The notes under the pieces were generated by a model. It searched no databases. It was not told the origin of the DNA and saw only the letters and a program-made list of their open reading frames with translations. DNA of 64,000 bases, from the NCBI RefSeq assembly GCF_009914755.1, contig NC_060929.1; one strand, given 5' to 3'. Below, piece by piece: positions 25,929-39,050 of the stretch (its first letter is position 1; each line of letters begins with the position of its first letter). The translations under genes were made by a program, and so were the position numbers. This DNA comes from the human T2T-CHM13v2.0 reference genome, Homo sapiens.

Positions 25929-27334
25929 TATATATATATAAAATTTAGCAATTTCAATTTCAGTGTTTAGAATAGTCTGTCATGTTAGGTAAAAATCTAA
26001 AAGATTTCTGGGCTTCTAATTTAGAATATATAACAGATTTGGACTTGAGGTTTTAATTTATAAAAATGTTACTGCATTTGTAAACAGTATGTGATTGTGC
26101 CAACCAACTAATTATTTATAGCATAGGGAATACTTTATTGTATTAAGTTAGTAAATACTTGACAAGTTTTGATTTCTTTTAGAAAATTAAAGCACAGAAA
26201 TTAAAAACAAATATATTAAGGAAGCTTAATTTTTCTTAAAGTTAAGATCATAAAAATGGGGAAAACAGAAGAAACGACAATAAATATAGAATTACCAGTT
26301 GATTTTAGGTGCTAACAACAATGTATGTTTTGTTCTATGGATCTGCAGCTGCAGCTCACAGATTTTTCTATTGCAGACAACATATTATAAGTAGAATCTC
26401 TATGATGATTTTCAGCAAACAGAAGTGGGAAACAGATAGATGTATTGGATTCCTCTCATCCATGTATTCATTAGATTAAGACCAAATATCAGGAACAGAA
26501 AGATTTAGTGCAGATTCCATCGTTGCTAGCTCACCTACTCTTGAATTACCATATTTTCAACCAATATCTTAAACTCTGAGATTCATTATTTCAAACAGTC
26601 CTCACTCTAGCTAAAAACATACATATTTAGCAGCATATGCTTGGAAGGTTATTTGATTTGTAAAATTTATTAATTTGAAATGTTTTAATAACAATTCAAC
26701 AATAAAGATATATAAATCATCATGTGCATTTTGTATTTTATTGACCTTAAGGCATGGCTGAGATTTTGCTCTAGAAATAAAAGGTAATTCATCTTCCATT
26801 TCAAGCTAGTCCAAAAGATTGAATTGTGTTAAATGATGTGCTGCACTTTCTCAGATGTTCATTATTGCCTTATATAGATTTTGCTGAGATGAACAAACTC
26901 ACTTACAGAAACTCTTTACATTAGATTCACTTATTGAGCCAAAGCTTGAGGTTATCCTTTCGAAGTGTGGGAAACAACATCTTAAAAATGAAAAATAATA
27001 TTTCTTCCAAAATATTTGGTGTATGAAGGTCTAAATGTTCTAGACCAGAGCTATCCTTTATTTTCCAAAAGCATGGATGGAAGCAATTTGGGTGTTGAGA
27101 TTATATATCTTAATAGGCACCATAGAACATAATACCTGATTGTGTCACAATTTTTATTTGACACATTAGGTTTATAAGAATATCTGCAGTTTTTGCTTTA
27201 CTTTCTTTCCATACCATAGTGTGTATAATTTCTGGCTATTGAAATCCTTCAGATAAACTAGATTAATAGAACACACACACATGCACATACGCATATATAC
27301 GTATGCATAGAGGTGTATGCAATATTGTGCCTAA

Positions 27335-27644
<310 letters not shown>

Positions 27645-28213
27645 TCCATTGATATTCTTTCTTTGCTACTGAAAACCGCCATTAATTTTGGCCAGAGTCA
27701 CTGTAATATGATAATCTTCATATTTGAGGACAGTTCATTTACATGTCTAAGTATTAAGGAGATTGTAGCATCAGAATACAAAATCATGCCTATATTAATA
27801 TAAAAATCAGTGACACGGCATTTTTAATTGTTGTAAACTTTGTCAGAGCTAGTGTTTCATTTAAGAGGTGCTGTGGAGAGGCAATTATTGAGCGCTCCAA
27901 ACTTGATAATTGCACAATATATGGTCCAAGAAGAGATATCTGAAATGTTAACGTCGACACATTAATTATGCTTCTGAAATAGAAGCAGAAAAAATTAAAT
28001 CTCTGAGCAACGTCCCATGTTGAAGAATCTACCTTAAATGGCCTCTCACTTTTTGTTTTAAGGTTAAGAAATTTCAAAAAGAGACTTATTTTGGTTAACT
28101 GCTTCAAGCTGTCACAGACTGCCGCAGAATTCATATTTTTCATCAATGAATATTCCTGTTGTTATTGTTATTGTTTGTTATTAGATGGTTAGCATATGGA
28201 TTTTAAGAATTCA

Positions 28214-28525
<312 letters not shown>

Positions 28526-28538
28526 TCAGTAGTTGCAA

Positions 28539-28817
28539 GGCTGGGCGCGGTGGCTCATGCCTGTATTCCCAGACTTTGGGAGGCTGAGGCAAGTAGATCA
28601 ATTGAGCCTAGGATTTGGTGACCGGCCTGGGCAACATGGTGAAACACTGTGTCTATAAAAAATAGAAAAATTAGCCAGGCCTGGTGGCATGCACCTGTGG
28701 TCACAGCTATTCCGGATGCTGAGGTGGGAGGTGGAGGTTGCAGTGAGCCAAGATTGTGCCACTGCACTCCAGTCTGGGTGGCAGAGTGAGACCCTGTCCC
28801 ACCCTCCTCCACAAAAA
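28539..28817 (+). mobile_element. AluJ with small right-arm deletion
   Basis: ctgggcaacatggtgaaacactgtgtctat, gagaccctgtc; TSD agaattcagtagttgcaa / agaataaagtagttgcca. Confidence 0.93.
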
Positions 28818-29535
28818 AGAATAAAGTAGTTGCCATATAACTCTTCAAAGTGTGAGTAAATGTTTGGTTTCAAAACAAAATGCATTCAATAGTCATGACT
28901 GAATTCATAGCAGAGGATCCACTAGATTAGATAGGAATAAGGGTGGGGAAAGAAAGATCTGTTTTATGCTGATCTAAATCATCAGAATGTAAAACTATGA
29001 GGTATCAAAAAAAAAGAAAGAAAAACACTACAGCAAAATAATTGTAATTCGTCCTTCCATATTTCTCCAACCTAGCCATGTAATATAGAGCTTTCTATAC
29101 CAATGTTAAAACTTTTCATTTAAAACACTCATTTAACAGAATTGAAATACCTCATTTTTAAAAAGTGCAATGTAGTGGAATGCCATTTGTAATTAAAATT
29201 AAAACTTTCTGCAGCAAAGCTCTGTGCTCACGTTAACTTAAAAATCACACAATAAAAACAATGCTGAGTCCAATAACTTCTTATTTTATATCTGGGCTAC
29301 AGCCATGTACTTAAATAACATTTCCATCTGTTCCAGCCTTTAAGAGTTGCTTGAGTTAAGCATGCTTAAGCAATGACAATCCAGCTCATTAGCACACACT
29401 TGAAATCTTCCTTAGTTAGGTCCCAAACCTGGCAATGCTCTCCTTATCACTATCATAGATTGATATGTAAACTAAATGTTTCCATTGAAATCCCTCAATT
29501 CTTTTAAAAGTTAATACATTCATAATAATAACTTT

Positions 29536-29822
29536 TTGTTTTTTGACAGAGTCTTCCTCTGTTGCCCAGGCTGGAATGCAGTGGCGCGATTTCAGTTTAC
29601 TACCACCTCCGTCTCCCAGGTTCAAAAGATTCTCCTGCCTCAGCCTACTGAGTAGTTGGGATTACAGGCACGTGCCACCACACCCGGCTAATTTTTGTAT
29701 TTTTAGTAGAGACAGGGTTTCACCATTTTAGTCAGGCTGGTCTCGAACTCCTGACCTCGTAATCTGGCCACCTCAGCCTCCCAAAGTGCTGGGATTACAG
29801 GTGTGAGCCACCATGCGTGGCC
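29536..29822 (-). mobile_element. AluS
   Basis: Full Alu; TSD ataataacttt at 29525-29535 and 29824-29834. Confidence 0.96.
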
Positions 29823-31099
29823 CATAATAACTTTAAATTTAGAATATCACCTGTTAATCTGAACAATGTAACAGTCATAAAACCTCTCTTAAATATAAAA
29901 AATAAAGAAAAGAAAGTCAGACTGTATTGAAATATGACAGAATAAAATGAAAGTAACTTATTATAGATAAACATTGTGGATTTCCTTGAATGTCTAAGAC
30001 AGTTTATTTCCTTGTGAGGGGTCAGAGTTTGCCACTTTTCTCCTCTCTCCCCCTCTGCATGTTGCCTGGAACAGAGAAGAAACAGGAGGTGATAGTTACT
30101 GTGGCTCAAGAGCAGACAGGCTGCAAACTGTTTTTACCTTATGGCTTCTCTCTGTCAGGCAAAGTGCCTCCTGAGTAATAAACATGTAGATGGACTAATT
30201 AGATCATAAACTGATGGCAAAGTTCTTCTTATAGTGTGCAGAGGAGCAGGAACTTATACCTGGTTTCCACTGGGAAACTGTGAATAAAAATAAGACATAC
30301 ATACCAATTATGGCATCTATATTAATGGTAATTTAATTTTTAAAATGCTTTAAGTATTTATTTTAGTTTTGGAGGGATTTACCTAAGTCGGGTTCAAAAA
30401 TTGGCCGTGCACTTGGTAAGGATCATTGCATGTTTTTTCTCGAGGCTGCTCCTGACATCTCTGATTACAAATGATTGTGGGGAAAAGTCCTGTTACATGG
30501 GAAAATTAACACCACGTACATTTCGCAATTGTCAATAAAAAAGCCATTAAATCAAAACTGGTGTTAAAACTATCCTGTGTATTTCTATAATATCTGTAAC
30601 TGCAAATTTGAATCAACAGTAACAAATATAATAGAATAATATATTTACATGAATATTTTGGTGACAGGATAAAATCTTCATTGTCAGTTCCAAGTGATTA
30701 GCTGTTCAGATAGTTTAGAAGTAAAATAATTACATCTGGTAATTGAGTTTTTATTTTGTACTTATTACACCATAATTTTAAAGTATAATGTTTAAACAAA
30801 TGAACAAATATTGAGTAGGCATGTTAAAACGATAAGAAAGAAAGCTTGGATAAACACGAAAACAGGTAAAAAATTTTGAAAAATTATTGAAATTTAATAT
30901 AGGTAAAGATTCCAAATTGCACGGTATGATATAGATGTAAGCCTTTGTTTTTTGTTGAACTTGATTTTATTATTGTGCATTCTTGTATAATTTTATTCAC
31001 AAATTTGTTTTAGTTCACAGAATAAACATTATTGTATTACATTGGCTTATTCTAAAATATGTATTCATTTCAATGGTCTTGACTTATTGATAATGTTAA

Positions 31100-31550
31100 A
31101 TAAAATTTTGAGAGGCCATTGTTTTGGAGTCAGCTCCTGTGGTAGGTCACAACAGAAAAAAACAAAAATAGAGTCTGTCATGCTAAGTGCCACATAATTA
31201 AACTGAAACTTTAAGCAAGCAAGTAAAGCCTCACAGACTATTTTTTCCTGAAAACCGGAGATTCACAGCAACCAATAAGAAAGGGCCCAGCTAACCTGAA
31301 CCATTATATTATAATAAGAGTCTCCTCTGCTTTAGCTCTTAAAAGGAAAGTAACATAGAGTAAGCTGATGTTAGCCAATCCACTATTTTAAAAAATATAT
31401 TTTCCTTTTTATTATGTACAAAAACTGTTCTACCATACGCAGTGGAGAATCCATTCTATTTTATAAAATGATACTCTGCCCAGTTCTACAATTGCTAATA
31501 AAAGACAATTCGATCTTTACATTAAGTTAGATGCAATTTTATTCTTTGAA
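31100..31550 (+). mobile_element. MER34/MER39-group ERV1 solo LTR
   Basis: catgctaagtgccacataattaaactgaaactttaag; ttttcctgaaaaccggagattcacagcaaccaat; ctaataaaagacaattcgatcttta. Confidence 0.65.
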
Positions 31551-31689
31551 AATACATTAGAAAGTATATAAAAATGACTTGTGTAAACAAATGATCATGA
31601 ATCCAGAAAATTACTCGATTATTTTTAGCTCATCTCCTAAGATGGAGAATATGTATCTTTTTGTCTTCTTTTTCCCCTTCTCTACGTTC

Positions 31690-31760
31690 TCCACCTCCTT
31701 CCTCCTCTTCCTCTTCCTCCTCCTCCTTCTCCTCCTCCTTCTTCTTCTTATTATTATTCT
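31690..31760. repeat. (CCT)n/(CTT)n/(ATT)n trinucleotide tract
   Basis: Directly visible. Confidence 0.9.
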
Positions 31761-31834
31761 CAAGTAAAAATACATTATTTTCAGTATAGATTAAGAATCT
31801 TCATACTAACACGACCTTGTTCCAAAGAAAATGT

Positions 31835-33062
31835 TAACTATATATAAAATTAAAATAAGAGAGGTTAAACTACACAGCAAAGGAAGCAATCAACAGAGTA
31901 AAGATACAACCTGTTGAATGGAAGAAAATATTTGCAAACTTTGTATCTAACAAGGGACTAATATCCAGAATATACAAGAAACTCAAATGACTCAACAGAA
32001 AAAAAAATTAAAAGTGGGCAAAAGATATGGATAAGTATTTCTCAAAAAAGACCTACCAATGGCCAACAGGTATATGAAAAAATGTTCAACATCACTAATT
32101 ATCAAGGAAATGCAAATCAAACTATGGTGAGATGTCATCTTACCTCAGTTAGAATGGCTATGGCTATTATTAAAAAGACAAAAGCTAACAGATGTTAGCA
32201 GAATATTTAAAAAAAGGGAACTATACACTGTTGGTGGGAATGTAAATTAGTACAGCCGCTATGAAAAACAGTATGGAGATTTTTCAAAAAACTAAAAATA
32301 AAATTACAATATGATCCAGTAATCCCACTACTGGGAACTTTTCTAAAGGAAAAAAACAGTGTATCAAAAAAAAAATACTGTATCTTCATTTTATTGCAGC
32401 ACTATTTGCAATAGTAAAGATATGGAATCAACCCAAGTGTTCATCAATAGATGAACGAATAAAGAAAATGTGGTATATATATACAATGGAATTATATTCA
32501 GCCATAAAAAATGAAATCTTGTCCTTTGAATCAACAATCATAGAATTGGAGGTCATTATGTTGAGTAAGATAAGCCAGGCACAGAAAGACAAATACTATA
32601 TGTTCTCACTCGTAAGTGGGAGATAAAAAAGTGTCGATCTCATTAAGGTAGAGGGTAGAATGATAGAGTCTGAGAAGAGTGTGTGGGATAGGCATGAAGA
32701 GAAATCGGTCAAGGGCACAAACATACAGTTAAATAGAAGGAATAAGTTATACTAGGTTGTGGTAAAAGTTTTTGCGGTTTTTACAATTAAAAGTAATGGC
32801 AAAAACCGCAATTACTTTTGCACCAACCAAATATTATTTGATAGCAGAGCAGGATAACTATAGTTAACAACGATGTACTGTACACTTCAAAATAGCTGGA
32901 AGAGAGGACTTGAAAGGTTTTCAACAGATATATGATAAATGCTCAAGGTGATGGATACTCTGAATACCCTGACTTCATGATTTCACATTCTATGCATGTA
33001 CCAAAATATCAAAAGTATCCCATAAATATATATAAATATTATGTATCAATAAAATAAATAAT
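31835..33062 (+). mobile_element. L1MA-type 3' fragment (ORF2 end + 3'UTR)
   Basis: cagcaaaggaagcaatcaacagagt...aagggactaatatccagaatatac...aaatagctggaagagaggacttga...tatgtatcaataaaataa. Confidence 0.9.
32752..32831. mobile_element. MADE1 (Hsmar1 mariner MITE), 80 bp, in L1 3'UTR
   Basis: ctaggttgtggtaaaagtttttgcggtttttacaattaaaagtaatggcaaaaaccgcaattacttttgcaccaaccaaa flanked by TA on both sides. Confidence 0.93.
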
Positions 33063-34462
33063 AGGAACAACTGAAATAAAAATACTCTCCCATGTACATG
33101 CATTTACTTACATATAGTTATGTCTCCCAAATTACATTTCAGAATGTTTCAATATAATTTCTATTGACTCATTTCCTATTGGAATAAAACCACTAGCCTC
33201 TCCCATGATGAATAAGCAAAGACAGATAGGGCACTTGTCTTGTGATGGGAGATGCTGGAGTGATGATCAGGCTGTCCTGATTTTCTCTGAGGAGGCCTTC
33301 CTTGACTATGCAGTTATTTGTTCTTTTTGCATTATTGTTCATATTTTGATCTTCTTTTGATTATTTGATAATAGATATTAATTCATTTGAACAAATTAAG
33401 ATGTCATCATATCTAATGAATATCTTTGATTGAAAACTGCACATAAATAAAAGCCATACAAAAAAGTTAATCATTCATAGCCTACCTTGGAGTGTAACAG
33501 ATGTTTTAATTAAAATTGACTGTGAGATATATTATCCCGTGGTGTAATTTAATAAATAGTCATTATTACAATAAATTACAATACACATATTTACTTGACC
33601 TTTATTGCTTTTTTTGCTTATTGCGATAGAGACTGAATTTGTTTCAATGTCATTGTTTATCATCTTTTGTTAAGAAAATACAGGTTATTCTTTTCTTAAC
33701 AATGCGCTTTTGCAGTTTTCAGCTTCTCAGAAACTCTGTGATTGCTTTATCTTCCATTTATTTTCACAGTCAGTAAATGTTCAATTATCTTTTTGAGGTT
33801 AAAGAAAAAACAAAAGAGACCACTAATGCTAATAATTTTTCTGGAAATATGATAGAAGAAATAATTCTTAACTCTTCATTTCCATTTAAATTTTTATTTC
33901 ATTGAAACTATAAATGATGCTATTATTTGCAGAATACTTAAGTGTTTTTATTAGAGAGAGAGAGCAAGAGAATAAATCTGTTTGTCAAAGATTTTTTGGT
34001 TTTTTTAGAAAATTCATACCAAGCGATGTATTCATTTGGATGGCATTGATAGAAAAACATAAATTGGAGGCAGAGCAAGATGGTGGAATAGAAGGCTCCA
34101 CTGATCAATCCCTCCAACCAAGGACACAAAATTAACAACGATCTACACAGAAAGGAACACCTTCATGAGCACCGAAAGTCAGATGATCCCTCATAGTACC
34201 TGGTTTTGACTTCATATAGCTGAAAGAGACACTGAAGAGATAGAAAAAATGTTCTTGAATCACTGACATGCTCCCCATCCCTTAGCAGTGGCCATGTGGT
34301 GCAGGGAGCATCTCTGGGTGCAAAAGGAATGAGAACACAATAATGGTGAAGCATTGAACTCAGTGCTGTCCTGTTAGAACAGAAAGGGAAACCAGACCAA
34401 ACTCATCTCACAACCATCCATGGAGGGAGCATTTTAAACCAACCCTAGCCACTGGGAATTAT

Positions 34463-34502
34463 AAGTTACTGCGGTTTTTACCATTAAAAGTAATGGCAAA
34501 AA
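34463..34502. mobile_element. Internal MADE1 fragment lacking both termini
   Basis: aagttactgcggtttttaccattaaaagtaatggcaaaaa inside L1 5'UTR. Confidence 0.8.
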
Positions 34503-35482
34503 TTCACCCATCCCAGGGGCTGCAATGTGAGTTCCTGCAAACCTTGCCACTAAGGGCTAAAGGACTCTGGGTCTCTAAGGAAACTTGAAAGGCAGGGTAG
34601 GCCAAAAAGAATACAACTCTTAGGCAAGTCTTAGTGGTTAACTGGACCTAGAGAAAATGTACTGGACAAGGAGATGGGGGTGACCTAGTGAGACACAAGC
34701 TGGAGTGACTAAGGGAGTGCTGGCTTCGCTCCTGCCCTAACCCATGCTTCACAGCTCATGGCTCCAAGAGAGATCCCTTTCTTCTGCTTGAGAGGAGAAG
34801 AAAAAGTAAAGAGGGCTTTGTCTTTCATCCAGAATACCCGTTCAGCCACAGGAGGATAGGGCACTTGTCAGAGTCTTGAAGCCCTCATTCTGGGCCCTAG
34901 CTCCTGGATAACATTTCTAGACATACACTGGGCCTGAAGGAAACCCACTGCCTTGAAGGGAAAGACCCAATCCTGGAAGCATACAGCACCTGCTAACTGA
35001 AGAGCCCTTGGGCCCTGAAAAACCATCAGCAATACTCAGGTACTATGTTGAGGGCCTTTGGTCAATCTCTGAGTTTTGCTGGCTTCAGATGAGATTCAGC
35101 ACATTACCAGCTGTGGTAGCCACAGGGCAAGATTCCTTATGCTTGAGAAAAGCAGATGGAAAAGTAAAGAAGACTTTGTCTTGCACCTTAGGTACCAGCA
35201 GGGCCACAGGGGTGTAGAGCACCAGGTGTACTCTTGGGGTCCCCAATTCAGGGACTTGACTTTTAGATGGCATTTCTGGACCTGCCCTAGGTCAGAGGGT
35301 ACTCACTTCCCTGAAGGGTAAGTCTCAGGCCAGGCAGCATTCACCGCAGGCGGTTTTAAGAGCCCCTGAGCCTTAAGAGAACATTGGAGGTAGTCTGGCA
35401 GTACTTCTTGTGGACTGTGGTGATGGTGGCTACAGGGTGAGGTTCCTCTGTCTTTGGAAAGAGGAGAGAGGATTGGTAAGGA

Positions 35483-35536
35483 CTGTATCTTGGGGTTTGA
35501 GTTCCAACTCTGCATCTTGGGGTTTGAGTTCCATCT
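35483..35536. repeat. 27-bp tandem duplication
   Basis: ctgtatcttggggtttgagttccaact / ctgcatcttggggtttgagttccatct. Confidence 0.92.
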
Positions 35537-36177
35537 CAGCTGCAGTACAATAGAACACCAGATAGACTTTCAAGGTGTTTTACTCAGGTCACTGATTCCT
35601 GGATGGTATCTCTGGACCCACCTGGTGTCTGGGGAAACTTAACGCTCAGAAGGGAAGGATACAGACCTGGCTGCCTTTGCCACTTGCTGATTGTAGAAAT
35701 CCGGGGCCTTGAGTGAGCCTAGGCTGTAGCCAGGGAGTGTTTACAGCAGGCCTTGAGCAAGACCCAGTGCTGTGCTGACTTCAGGTCTCACTCAGTGTTG
35801 TTGTAGTGGTAGTGGCCACAGGGGTGCTTGTTTCATTTAACTCCCAGCTATAGGTAGCTCAGAAAAGAGAGAGGGAGAGAGACTCTGCTAGTTTGGGAGA
35901 AAGTAGAGGAAGAGAAGAAGTGTCTCTGCTTGGTAATCCAGAGACTTATCTAGGATCTTCTCCAAGACCATCAAGGCAGTACCTCTACAAGTCTGCAGGA
36001 ACCACAGCGTTACTGGGCTTGGGGTGCCCCCTGAAGCTCTTCAATGTTCAGACACTAAAGAACGTCTAAAATCAACATCATCCAGGAAAGCATGAGCTTG
36101 CCTAATAAAGTAAATAAGGAACCAATCCTGGAGAAACAGAGATACGTGACTTTTTAGAGAGACAATTCATAATAGCT

Positions 36178-36651
36178 GTGCTGAGAAAACTTATAGAAAT
36201 TCAAGATAACACAGAGGTGGATTTAAGAATTATATCAGATAAAGTTAGTAAAGAGATTAAAATAATTAAAAAGAATCCAACAGAAATTCTGGAGCTGAAA
36301 AATGCAATTGGCATACTGAAAAATGCATCAGAGTCTTTTAATAGCAGATATAAAGCAGAAGAAATAATTAGTGAGCTTGAAGACAGGCTAATTGAAAATA
36401 CACAGTCAGAGGAGAAAAAAGAAAAAACAACAATAATCCTACGGGATCTGAAGAATAGCCTCCAAAGGGCAAATCTAAGAGTTGCTGGCCTTAAAGAGGA
36501 GGTAGAGAAAGTGGTAGGCACAAAAAATTTATATAAAGGGATAATAACAGAGAACTTCCCAAACGTAGGGAAAAATGTCAATATCCAAGTTAAAAAAAAA
36601 GTTATAGAACACCAAGCAGATTTAACACAAAGAAGACTCTCAGGCATTTAA
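36178..36651 (+). pseudogene. L1 ORF1p remnant (coiled coil/RRM start), frameshifted
   Basis: EILELKNAIGILKNASESFNSR...AEEIISELEDR...NLRVAGLKEE...IITENFPN matches L1 ORF1p. Confidence 0.9.
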
Positions 36652-38980
36652 TAATCAAACTCCCAAAGATTAAGGATAAAGAAAGGATCCTGAAAACAGC
36701 AAAAGAAAAGAAATAAATAGCACACAATGGAGCTCCAATATGTCTGGTATCAGGCTTTTCAGTGGAAACCTCACAGGCCAGGAGAGAGTGGTATGACATA
36801 TTTAAAGTGCCAAAGGAAAAAACTGCCCTAGTATAGTATATCTCACAAGAACAGCCTTCAAACATGAAGAAGAAATACTTTACCAGCAAAGGCTGAGGGA
36901 TTTTCATCAACACCAGACCTGTCCTACGAGAAATGTTAAAGGGACTATTTCAATCAGAAAGAAAAGTACATTAATGAGCAATAAGTAATTACATGAAGGT
37001 ACAAAACTCACTGGTAATAGTAAGTACACAGAAAAACACAGAATATTATAATACTGTAACAGTTGTGTGTAAACTCTTGTCCTAAGTAGAAAGACTAAAA
37101 GATGAACCAATAAAAAATAATAACTACAATGACCTTTCAAAATTTGGAAAGTGCAATAAGATATACATAGAAACAATAAAAATTATGAAGTGATGGATTA
37201 AATTAAGGCATAGAATTTGTATTAGTCTTCTTTTTGCCTTTCTGTTTGTTGCTTATGCAAACAGCGTTAAGTGTTAGCTTAAAATAATGGGTTATAAAAT
37301 AATGTTTGCAAGTCTCATGGTAACCATAAACCAAAAACATGCAACAGAGACACAGAAAACAAAGAGCAAGAAACTAAAACATCACCAGAGAAAGTATAAT
37401 ATTCTGTGTTTTTCTGTGTACTGTTACTATTACTGGCCTTGCAGAATGAGTTTTGAAGTATTCCCTTCTCCTCTATTTTTGGAATAGTTTGATTAGGATT
37501 GGTATTTTTTAAATATTTGGTAATATTCAGCAGTTAAGCCATTGGGTCCTAGGCTTTTCTTTGCTAGAAAACTTTTAATTACAGCTTCAATCTTGTTACC
37601 CTTTTTTGAAGTTTTCGGGTTTTACATTTCTTTCTCATTCAATTTTGGAAGGTTGTCTAGAAATTTGTCCATTTCTTCTAGATTTTCCAATTTTTTGACA
37701 TATAGTTTCTCATAGTAGCCACCAATTATCCTTGGAAGTTGAATATCAGTTGCAATGTCTCCTTTTTCATTTCTGATTTTATTTATTTGTATCTTCTCTC
37801 TTTTGTTCTTAGTCTAGCTAAAGGTTTGTAAATTTTGCTTAACTTTTCAAAAAATCTACTTTGTGTTTCATTGATCATTGTATTATTTTCTTCATTTCAA
37901 TTTAATTTATTTCTGATCAAATCTTTATAATTTCTTTTATTATGCTAATTTTGGCTGTGGTTTGCTCTTGCTTTTCTAGTTCTTCAAGATGCATCATTAG
38001 GTTGTTTTTTGAAGTTTTTCATCTTTTTTGATGTAGACACTTATAGCTATAAACTTCACTCGTCATACTGCTTTTACTGTATCCCATAAGTTTTGGTATG
38101 TTATGTTTTCCTTATTATTTGTTTCAAGAAAGTTTTCAATTTTCTTCTTAATTTCTTTATTGACCCACTGGTCTTTCTGAAGCATATTGTTTAATATTCA
38201 AGTATTTATATTGTTTTCAGAATTCCTCTAATTATCAATTCCTAGGGTTTTTTTTCCATTTTGATCAGAGAAGATGCTTGTTATTATTTCCAGTTTTTTT
38301 AATGTTTTAAGACTTGTTTTGTGACCTAATATTATTTATCCTTAAGAATAATCCATATGCTGAAGAAAAGTATGTGTATTCTGCCACCACTGGATGAAAA
38401 GTTCTGTAAATACCTATTAGATCCGTTTGGTCTATAATGCACATTAAGTCTGATGTTTCTTTGTTGATTTTCTTTCTAGAAGATTTGTCCAATACTGAAA
38501 ATATGGCGCTGAAGTCTCCAGCTGTTATTGTATTGGGGCCTATCTCTCTTTTCAGCTCTAACACAATATTTGCTTTATATTATCTGGGTGCTCCAATATT
38601 GGGTGTATGTATATTTAAAATTGTTATATCCTCTTGTAAAAATTACTTTTTATCATTATATAGTGACCTTATTTGTTTCTCCTTGTATTTTTTTTCTTGA
38701 TATCTATCTTGTCTGATAAGAGTATAGCTACTCCTCCTCCTTTTTGGTTTCCACTGGCATGGCATATCTATTTCCATCCCATTATTTTCAATCTATGTGC
38801 GTCTTTATATGTGACGTTTGTTTCTTACAGAAAACAGATCGATGGATCTTGTTTTTTCATACATTCAGATGAAAACTCTCGTATTTTGATAGGAGAATTA
38901 AGTCCATTTACGTTCAATGTTATTATTGGTAAGTAACCACTTACTCCTACCATTTTGCTATTTGTTTTCTGGTTGTTTTT

Positions 38981-39050
38981 CCTTCCTTCCTTCCTTCCTT
39001 CCTTCCTTCCTTCCTTCCTTCCTTCCTTCTCTCTCTCTCTTTTCTTCTTT
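38981..39050. repeat. (CCTT)n/(CT)n microsatellite at L1 inter-ORF spacer
   Basis: Directly visible. Confidence 0.92.
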
